DNA of 64,000 nucleotides from assembly GCA_023515725.1 (NCBI GenBank), contig JALDTO010000206.1, positions 640,189-704,188 on the forward strand, in the 5' to 3' direction. Shown piece after piece: positions 52,140 through 64,000 of this stretch. The notes under the pieces are model-generated. The model made no database searches. It was given only the letters and a program-made list of their open reading frames with translations, and was not told the DNA's origin. Positions within the stretch are counted from its first letter, which is position 1, and each line of letters starts with the position of its first letter. A program made the position numbers and the translations under genes. Source of the DNA: Amoeboaphelidium protococcarum X5 (Eukaryota > Fungi > Aphelidiomycota).

Positions 52140-53331
52140 CTTATTAACAGTAACGTAGTTTAGATACACAGACAGACGGATGAGGAGTTGATAGTAAAAG
52201 AGAAGAGAAGAAGGCAGACTAGACTTTGGCCCAAGTGGACTATGTTCGATATGCGCGCCACAATTCAGCTGATTGGACACTATACGATGATGCGATTCGC
52301 TCGCAATGAATTTCTTACTGGCAACGGATCCAAAATTATACACAGCGCTGATGATAACAACCAATCAGAATATTCAGCAGAGCTCAGTTTGCTTGTTCTT
52401 TCGAAGAATTCATTTTACCGCCAGCAAATGTGATATTAGATTACGTCTTTATGTATAACAAAAACACGAAATGCACTCTCATTGTTTGAAACACTTTCAT
52501 TCCGCTAATTTTATTCATACTTCAGTGTCGAAGAAACTCTCGCAAGAAATCCTGAAACATCAAAACGCGACCGTATTCCTCTGCATCATTAGACAAGTCA
52601 AGATATGATGATAAATTCGATGAACATTGAGCCTTGCTATTTTAGATACAATCCCAGCTTGGTGGGGGTGTGATATACTATCCATTTGCAATCTACATTT
52701 ATTAACTAGTGACATCAGATGCAGGAATATAAATCAGTAAACTTACCATGTGTTTCCGATCAGAGCAGAAGAGGTCTAAATATTTTCGCGCTGAAACGAC
52801 ACGAAAACCGCTACCAAATTCAAAATAAAGTTACGACTCAAGCAGTATAATAAACCTTACGGCATGAATTATGGCAGACTAAGATCAAACGTGGAATCAA
52901 TATAAGTTTGTAAATCCACTGGAAACTCCAACTAGGAGTCCAAATCAAATACCAGGAAATTTCCAATGCTTTCATCTTTTCTGAGCAACACGACGTGGTA
53001 GTCCCAAATTACATGGCTCCTCTGAGCGTGGTGTCTCAAGAGGACTTGTTTTGCATTGTTGGTGATAAATATCACGCTCAATTCATTGATATCCGGAATC
53101 ATCTAATTCGCCATCATCCATACATTCTCTACATATCGTACATTACATAACACAACTGGAATTCAAAAAATAAAAAGTTTGATAGTATTCGTACCTTCAC
53201 AATAACACTTGGCGTATTTAAAGTCGCATTTTTACCATAGGTCCATGATGTCAACGGCAGTTACGAAGAAGAAGAAAAGAGACGTGAGAAAACACGCACT
53301 ATCGATGTATTTCAAATCTCAACATTAAAAC

Positions 53332-55074
53332 TCACTTCCAAATGGAAGGCCACCTAGATTCCTGGGGCTTCTCAGATTTCTTCTCAATCAGCTCTACTTT
53401 CAATTCACCATCTTTGACAATTAGAGCCACCTTATCGCCATCACCTATCGTTTCATCTTCGTACGCGTTGGCGATGAGACTGATTATAGAGCGTTCGACT
53501 TCAAACTTTAGACTTCTGGCACCATATCGTTCATCATAAATTCGCTCATTCTAACATATAAAGTCAATTACGGCTTAATCCCAAGTCAAATCTATATTAT
53601 GGCGCCTTCTAGCCAAGTCTTGCCATCGGTGCATCTCTTTCATAGTGATTCGACGAATGTGCTCCGGCTTCAGTGGAACATACACCAAAATGTCATTGAT
53701 TCTACCGATGAACTCATCACGTCTGAAATGTCGCCTCAAAATAGGATGAAGGATATGATCTTGGAAATTGTCCACCTCTTTCTTGGCCTCTAAATTTCGA
53801 GGATCCTCTGATGCCTTGACCAGAGATGGGGCAAAGTTGGCAATCTCCTTCTAAGCCAAATTAGAAGTCATTATGAATATGGCATTTCTGCAGTCTATAG
53901 TCTAGCCTTTGCCATCTGTCAGTCTTCCTTCATCGAACACTTACAGAAGAATGGTGGTCACATCAGGATGCGCCTTCTCAATCTCATCCAGCAATACCAC
54001 TACAGGAACATCTCCCTTGCACAGTTCAGCCAGCTTAGATGTCAGCTGCCCGCCCTCTTCATAGCCAACATATCCCGGCGGAGATCCAATGAATCTGTGT
54101 ACAGAATGCTTCTCTTAATATTCAGACATATCACATTTGATCATATTAGGAGGGATGCGATTTCCTACGGATGACGCGTCATCAGTTCCGGTATTCTAAT
54201 TGGTAAAATACCATCCTACGGCTTTAGCTGTCTGCGTCTTACCAATACCAGAATTACCCAACAGCATGAACACTAGCGGGCGCTCTTCATCATGCCATTT
54301 GTTCTCATAACGTCTTATGGCATTAGATATGACAGTGATAGCCTAATCCTGACCAATGACTACTTGTTTCAAATACGACTCTATAGGATTTAACTTTCGC
54401 CTCTTACGCGCTTCCTACTCTTATAGTGACTTTGCCTTCGACTCTGCGGCCTGCAATGCCAAGAATACACTTTCTGGTTAACTACTTTCATCATATATAT
54501 CTAAAGGCTTCAGACCATTGCTATCAGTAAGAAGAGCATTAGCGCCATTGTCAACTAGCAGCTAAATCAGTTGAGCATCCTCATCCGTCGCTGCTGACAG
54601 AGTGAGATAATGGAGTGGAGTGAAGCCTTTAGTATTCGCATTATGATGTAACAGTGTGGATAGTTCTCTCATTCTATGAACATACGCAGACATTCCATAT
54701 CTCTTGATATCATAATCATCTCGACAATTGACGTCAGCACCATTCTGAATAAGCAACTGAATCATCAGATATCGCTACTTATGATCAATGTTTCGCGACA
54801 TGGCTACCGTATGCAATATGTTCCATCCATACGTGTGCTTCTCGTTAACATCGCCTCCACTTTCAATGTAACTTTTCAAGGCCTTAAGCTTATCTGAATA
54901 TCTAGTACCAAACGCGATATTATCATCGTGGCTAGCAATTACACCACACAGTTTGTCAACCGCTTTTTATTAGCGGAACCTATCATCACCACGACTATAG
55001 CAATTCAAGCGGCTCTATGTATACCATTTTGATACCAGCGCGATAGTTAAAGCACTTCCTACGGCTCTGTACAT
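53332..55074 (-). CDS. CLPB: Skd3/CLPB-type ankyrin-repeat AAA+ disaggregase, ~580 aa
   Basis: Ankyrin repeats ([32 protein letters not shown]), then VIGQDQAI...[70 protein letters not shown]. Confidence 0.9.
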
Positions 55075-55237
55075 GATGAGTTTCTTTCTGCAGGTAGAAT
55101 ATTGTAATGATTATGGAGCTGAGAATGAGCGCGCGTTAAAAAGTGCGAGCTTCTTCCTTCACTAAGAGGCATTTGGATTTGGTTAAAGGTCTAAGAATCT
55201 CTGATTTAAACTGAAAGAACAGAACTTAATTGAAATT

Positions 55238-56047
55238 ATGGGAGATAATGTTGAGGCACATGATCCCTCAAATTCCTGGGGAAATGATAAACCACCAGCG
55301 AATGATTAGGATGGAATATAAGCCGTGTGGGACGATGAGTTATAAGGATACGTCAAGCCGGACAAAGATGATAGTAGCTTCCGATACTTATGGGATGCAA
55401 GTGTGAGAGCGTGGTTTCCCGTATTCAATGAAGATCATTAGCAGTAGTAATAGTCTGCTTACACAAGCATTGACCACCTGTAGTCTGATACTAAACGATC
55501 ACTGAATGAGAAGGAGTTAAATGATACTGGATCCGACTATTTTAATGATACAAAGACGCATAGTGTATCAGATAAGTAATAGACTGGTAAGAAGAGGAAA
55601 TAGAATACAAAAGATAATAAGCCTAATCAATCCCGTAATAGCTCTGTGTACGTGTCAAAATTACCGCCAGATGTCACCAAAGATGAACTGAAGCTTTTCT
55701 TCAACAAGTGTGGTGTAATTATGCCAGATCTTAGAAGCAGTGATAAGAATGATGTCAAAATTAAAATCTATCGGCAAGATGCGGATGATAGTAAAGATTG
55801 TAAAGGCGACGCGTTAGTGACATATTTTAAACCAGAGAGCGTGGATCTGGCCATCACTATTCTGGATGATACTGAGTTACGACCGGGTGTCACTATTAGT
55901 GTACAAAAGGCTGATTTTAGTCACAAGAAGGCAAAGCAAGATGTTGATATAGGTCAGGAATAAGTATAAGCAGCAGTATCATCATCACTTGATAAGAAGG
56001 TGGTGAAGAGTTAAATGAAACGAGTAGAGAAGAAACTCGGCTGGTGA
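55238..56047 (+). CDS. Cus2/Tat-SF1-like splicing factor (first RRM only), 269 aa
   Basis: NSSVYVSKLPPDVTKDEL...KCGVI...KIKIY...KGDALVTYFKPESVDLAITILDD...VQKADF. Confidence 0.82.
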
Positions 56048-56367
56048 TGATGATGAATGAGTATGTCACTTTTTTATTTACGCGCATCTTTTGAGTATAT
56101 TGTATCTTTCAACCATATTATACTCATGTCGTATTACTTTCCAATGGTGCACATTGATCTATCATTACCTTTAGTTTTAGTCATCATTAGTTGGAAATGC
56201 GTGTGACCAATCAGATGACTTGAGCAGATCGCTTTCATTTTCTGTTTCAGCTTTCAAAGTCGCGCCATTGAAGAATCTCTTTCCTCTAACTCTATTGATC
56301 ACTTGTATTGATTCACCTTCATTGTATCTCATAGCTTTCATTGAATATACATATTCATAATATAATT

Positions 56368-58440
56368 ATGGCCAAGAATATTTAAAAATTAGTTGCGCGT
56401 GAATATTAACAGATTAACAACAACTAATCGTCAGAAGAAGATGATGTTGAAATGTAAAGACTCCGGAATGCTGATGGACAGGAGATGAATTAGCTTGATG
56501 ATCGGTTATCCCAATTACTTCGGTATAAGTAATACTTTGGAAGTGATGAATTTTATCATGGAATATACAATTATTACATCAACAATGGGCTGACTGCTTT
56601 GATGCTCAAGCGTCTATTAAATCTACTCATAGTCGCGTTTGTGGTCTCATTCTCCACCTTCCTCATCAGCTGTATTGATCACTCTGCTATTCCAAAGACG
56701 CGTCAGCTAAGTGAAGCTCTTATACCTCATTGTCTATCCACCATAAATACATTTTAGACTATATCTCTATTTCTATTCGTGTGCTTTTGGATATATGAAA
56801 TGATGAAGATGGTGTCTGATTGGAGTCGATACTAGTTGATTTAATAGTTTTATAGCGATGTAATGCAGATTGATGATAGCCAATTGTCCGACTTGGAGTG
56901 GCACGTTGTTGTTGATAAGCTCGTTGATTTGGTGAATCGTTATCATTAATCTCAAAGTGTAAATACGAAATTTAGTGCTCAAGATTTGACTAATAGGCTC
57001 ATGAGGCGAGACAATTATCTGATCGCTCTTCTGAATTTGGACATACTTGACTTGTAGAGTCCTTGGTCGAGAATGTTTTAGAGTAAAGGCAAAAATATTG
57101 GTTAGAATTAGTAACTGAGTAAAGCTTTGCAAGTGCTTCTCGATTTCTGTGTATTTGATTATCTCTTTGAATCTCAGGATCAGGGCCCTTAGTTTGCCTC
57201 GAATTAATCAGGAAATAATCACTAGCCTGGATTAAATGCAAAAGTGCTTAAAGATATCCATAGAACTGCTTACATTGCGGGATTGAGAAGACGATTCATT
57301 TTGGCTGGTTTGGCTGCTTTTGTACTTGCACCTTTCGTGTTGGTCTTCCTAATGCTGTATTTTATCTTCAAGTATGGGGAGCAATTTCACAAGAATCCTG
57401 TTAAATTGTCGTCACGAAGTTTTACACCATTAGTCAAGTGGAAGATTCGCGACTTTAACGAATTACCGCATCAGTTTGAGCGCAGATTGAGTTTATGCGC
57501 TGATAAGGCGAGTCAATACATGAACATGTTCCCTTCTGCTTATGTTGGAGTGTTGGCGAACTTTGTCGCATATATCAGTGGCTCTATCGCGCTGGCATTG
57601 ACTATCCTGTCATTTGTGGATGATGATTTTCTGCTGCATTTCCATATTACACCTGGTAAGAGTGTCTTGTTCTATCTGGGTCTGTTTGGTGTTATATACT
57701 CGGCATCTCGTTCACTGGTACCTGATGCTTCAAGAGAGATTAAAAAACAATCTGCGGAAGATCTTGTAAAGGAAGTCATTGAACTTGTTCATTATTATCC
57801 AAGTCACTGGAAAGTGCACAGTCTGAACAGTAGGTAATTGTGGCGAGAGTTTAGCTCTATCTATCAGTACAAAGTGGTCATTTTCGCGTAAGAGATTTTG
57901 GCTGTTGTCACTGCCCCATTCCTGCTATGTTTCTCTCTACCATCTTGTGCTGAAGGTATTGTTGATTTCTTTAAAGAAAACACTATCCATGTTGATGGTT
58001 TGGGGTATGTCTGCAGCTATTCCGTGTTTGACTTTAAATCCTTTGACAGTCGGCGAGGTGTGATTAAAAGTTTGGATGCTGATGATGCTGTCAGTGAAGA
58101 AATCCGGGAATACTCACCAAACAAGATGGAACTATCAGTGATGAACTTTCAGGATAATTATCCAAACTGGGAGCCGGAAGATGATCAGGATAAAGAACAC
58201 GTCTAAATGCTCCGAAGCATGAGAAATATTTAGCCTCGAACGCGTAAAAGAATATCGCTTCTATCGCCTAATTAAACTCGTTTATCGCAGTCTGTCGTTG
58301 TCAGAAGACCATCTGCCGTGGTAGAGGACGTAAAAAGCCCACAAGCTGAATCTTCATCTGTGTATAAACCTCCAAAATTGCCTTAAATATTTGCAGAAGA
58401 CGTGTCTGACATAAGTACTCCCTCTAAATAACCTCTTTGA
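56368..58440 (+). CDS. ATG9: Autophagy lipid scramblase Atg9, 690 aa
   Basis: FYHGIYNYY...LLNLLIVAFVVSFSTFL, AQDLTNRLMRRDNYLIAL, WKIRDFNELPHQFERRL, IVDFFKENTIHVDGLGYVCSYSVF. Confidence 0.95.
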
Positions 58441-58766
58441 GTTTGTGTGCTTGTATAATAAACATTTGATTGCTTGTCTTGCATATCATCACTTTTGATT
58501 TGTAATGTGTTTATCTGCTTCTTCACTGTGTGTTAAAGAAGATGCGTATTCACTTAGATATGATCAATTTGATTCAAGGTGCCGGCCGACGACATATCTA
58601 AACAAACAAAGGGGATATTGTTTGATCAGTGTCTGTCCCCTACAGCCTTCCTAACAACCAAGTTCAGAATACAACACCCATCCATCTTTTACATCTTTTG
58701 AATAACCACTCACATAGTACAAAAAAGCATTTTTATACTTAAATAATCTGTGGTATTTTAAGTAAA

Positions 58767-59840
58767 ATGTCTCACTATCCAGCTGGTCATTAGTAATAGC
58801 CAATGTATGCCCCGGCTCAGATGAATACAAGTGAAGGTTCCTCCGTGCCACCTCCTATTCGATCAAGAAACAACTCTAGACAGAATTTGACTGGAAACAA
58901 TGACAACGACTACATGATTCAATCATCGTTTGCGCATGAAGCCAAAGATGGGGATTATCAGCAAGATACTGCTAGTACATGTTATGGTGCAATGATCAGC
59001 TCTTTCGGTAGCGTTCTGGGAGTGTTAGGCTCTATTCCTTGTTGTTTCTGTTTCCCTAATCCGTACAAGTCTATCAATCAGGGAACTGTGGGATTGTTCA
59101 CTGCATTTGGTCGTTACAGACGTACTGTGAATGCTGGCCTGGTCTACTATAATGTTATGACTGAGTCTGTGACTGTGGTTGATGTGAGAATGTAAACCGT
59201 GGACATTCCTCATCAGTAGACTATTACCAGAGACAATGTGTCCGTCACTGTCGACTCTGTGTTGTTCTACTCCATCTAGAACCCGTACAAGTCTGTGTTT
59301 GAGGTTGCCAATGTTCGCACTGCTTTAATTGAGCGTACTCTGACGACTCTGCGTGCGGTGATTGGATTGCATGATCTGCAGGAGGCAATCACTAACAGAG
59401 AGACTGTGGCGCGTGAGATTTACAAAAACATTACCGGAATTGCGGCGTAATGGGGTGTCAAGGTGGAAAGTATCCTGATCAAGGATATTGGATTCTCTCA
59501 AGAGTTGTAGGACTCTCTGTCTGCTGCTGCCAAGGCAAAGAGATTGGGTGCCAGTAAGATTGTGCAAGCCGAGGCTGAAGTCCAGGCTGCAATGTTGATG
59601 AAGAAGACCGCCATGCTGCTGTCTAATCCTGCTGCCCAGCAAATCCGTTACTTGGAGACGATGAAGTCTATGGCCGCTGAGAACAACACCAAGATCATCT
59701 TCATGCCGCCAAGTTTTGGCAATTAGCGCCAGATGACCGAGAAGGAGTTGAAAGATCTGGAGGAGATTGAAGATGAGACGTCCAAGAGTATGGGCAACAT
59801 GCAAACCGCCGCCTTGAACGACGTGATCGCCAAGTTTTGA
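58767..59840 (+). CDS. Stomatin/band-7 (SPFH) protein, 357 aa
   Basis: GSIPCCFCFPNPYKSINQG, ITRDNVSVTVDSV, WGVKVESILIKDI, AAQQIRYLE. Confidence 0.93.
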
Positions 59841-60145
59841 TGCGATTGATGATGATGATGATACTTGTGCTAAATGTTGAGAGATAAATTTGGGATTGAA
59901 TAGATAAATGTTCTTTAGTTTTCCTATCCTGAAAGCGATATTTTATCAAGTTTTGCGCGCCACATCTGTATGATTAATCCAGCAGTATGCATCACATCAG
60001 TGTAAAGTGCAAAGATCTTCATCGGCTCTTCATCTTCACACAGCGAGCGACGAAAAACTTTTTCGCTGATCTTCCCTTGGATCTAAACCCCCCATTATAT
60101 CCATCAAATTTAACGTTCAGCTATTGCTAGTATTAGACTTTACTT

Positions 60146-62185
<2,040 letters not shown>

Positions 62186-62405
62186 AGGCACAGGCTAATT
62201 TATTCAATAGAAAGTTACATTCATATATCGTTTCGCTTTTATCTTATATATTATTTGCCACTCAACTCTATTAAATTGACAGGATAATTTCTCACGGTAA
62301 TCATCTTTGACAGCAGAGCATCTCGGCGCGTGTTAACTTTGTCGATCTTCGAGGATCTCTACTTTTCTCACGAGCGCTGACTGACCTGAACCATTCGAAT
62401 AATTA

Positions 62406-62431
62406 CTCTCTCTCTCTCTCTCTGTCTCTCT
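62406..62431. repeat. (CT)n microsatellite
   Basis: ctctctctctctctctctgtctctct. Confidence 0.85.
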
Positions 62432-62463
62432 CCGTAGTTTAGAGAAGGTCATCAATATAAGTA

Positions 62464-64000
62464 ATGCCGACGAATAGCATAATGTAGAGAATTATAAAGG
62501 ATGAGCATGTCTACTCTGGGGAGGAAAGTGCGGATGAGTTTTATTACCGTTTCAATGCAAGTAGATTGATTCAAACTCTGATACATCCTTATTGTACTCT
62601 GTGCTTTACACTGCCAATCACTAGTATCATTCTATTTTGTGCTGTTCTATCTTTAATTCAGAGTCCTCACTCTCTTCTATTGTCCGCTGCAATTTATGGT
62701 CCATGTCTAATCGTCGCTGGCATAGCGTTAATTTTGAGTCTTTGTCAGTTGTATTTACACTTTGCGACAACTGCTGCCCGGTAAGAGCAACGCTGGCGTG
62801 AATGGAATAGAGAAATCGCTGTTATCACTGGAGGTAATACTAATAATGCTATCATCATCAAGATTTATATTACTTTCAAGCTTTTGATTACTATTATTAT
62901 TATTATTGAGAGTAGGATCCAGCGGAATTGGACTGTAATTAGCTGATAGACTCTCTAATCTCGGCGTCAAGGTGGCAATATTAGACATCTAAGCGCCATT
63001 GAAGCCAATAGGTACTAATTCGCGTTAAAACTTTATCCTTTATCATGATATTATACTCATTTATACATATTTGATTACATTATTGTAGAAAACGCCAAGT
63101 TTTATTAATGTGACGTCTCCCAGTATGAACAAGTATCTGATGTTGTGTAGAGAGTAGAGCAAGAAGTAAGTTGCAAACTGTTATTATTTGACCCTTATAA
63201 CAATAATATCCTACCCAAGTACTTAATTCAAAGTGTAGATTGGTGAAATTACAATTTTGGTCAATAATGCTGGTATAGTTAATGGTAAACCGATTGAAGA
63301 TCTCGATCCTCAGCGTATTTAGAAAGTGTTCGCCGTGAATACTTTGGCTCAGTTCTGGACGGTCAAAGCTGTGCTTCCTCTGTTCAAACGACGCCGATAT
63401 GGTCACATTATGACTATTGCCAGTACAATGGGACTGACTGCAGTCGCTGACATGAGTAGGTTTTAATATTTGTGATTTTCAGTTCATAATATTCCTGGAT
63501 GATTATTAACTAGTCGCGTGTCTGTGTGTAGCTGATTATTGTTCAAGCAAGTTTGCCGTTGTTGGATTTCATGAGGCTTTGAGATAGGAGATCCGTAGAC
63601 TTCCGTATGAACATTTAATTCATACCTCCATCGTATGCCCAGGCTTGATACTTACTGGAATGTTCAACGGCATTCGGATGGGATTTCCCTTCATTGTGCC
63701 ACCTCTAAAGCCTTCTATGGTGGTTGATTAAATTGTACGCTGCCTCAGCGATGTTGTACGTGTACCTTCTAATGATGGTAATAAATAGGTATCTTTAATT
63801 GAAGTGTTGGCGACTGAGAAAAAGTTCACTTTTAGCGATAGGTTGAAGTAACACAAAGCATCATGGATACCGCTGACTTATTACTTGCCACCATTGTTGA
63901 ATATTATCGCGCCTGTATATTTGAATGATCTTGTAAAGTCGGTGCTTGGTGGCAATGATGCAGTCACTTCAAGTTTTAAAGGACGCGGCGAAATTGCTAA
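62464..64000 (+). CDS. Membrane-anchored SDR (RDH10/DHRS3-like), 3' partial; introns 62834-62915, 63012-63088, 63166-63238, 63456-63531
   Basis: After GT-AG splicing: IAVITGGSSGIG, CDVS, ILVNNAG, TDYCSSKFA, IVCPG. Confidence 0.88.

Overview
This is compact, intron-poor eukaryotic nuclear DNA read with a non-standard code. TAA and TAG encode Gln and TGA is the only stop (translation table 6), so the supplied ORF track breaks nearly every gene into pieces. The fungus/opisthokont-like gene set plus this code fits an aphelid such as Amoeboaphelidium protococcarum (inference). Re-read with TAR=Gln, about 30 genes appear. Housekeeping genes: PHYHD1-like, three SDRs, a GCK/STE20 kinase, a SUN protein, cysteine dioxygenase, a PTP, SAC1, a DsbA-like protein, a Cdc12-type septin, PC4/Sub1, eIF3a, Eaf1, prefoldin 5, Skd3/CLPB, Cus2/Tat-SF1, Atg9, stomatin and an aralar-type carrier. 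Accessory content of most interest: (i) three tandem integrin-beta/SibA-like receptors (signal peptide, MIDAS vWA domain, mucin stalk, TM, NPLY-x8-NPLF tail); (ii) a decayed Fanzor1 (TnpB-family RNA-guided nuclease) between direct repeats; (iii) three Crinkler-type PD-(D/E)xK nuclease-kinase fusion paralogues, two with a GAA-to-TAA (Glu-to-Gln) change in the catalytic motif; (iv) two signal-peptide-bearing PP2C phosphatases; (v) a decayed hAT-like transposase. All assignments come from manual translation and motif recognition; no database searches were run.
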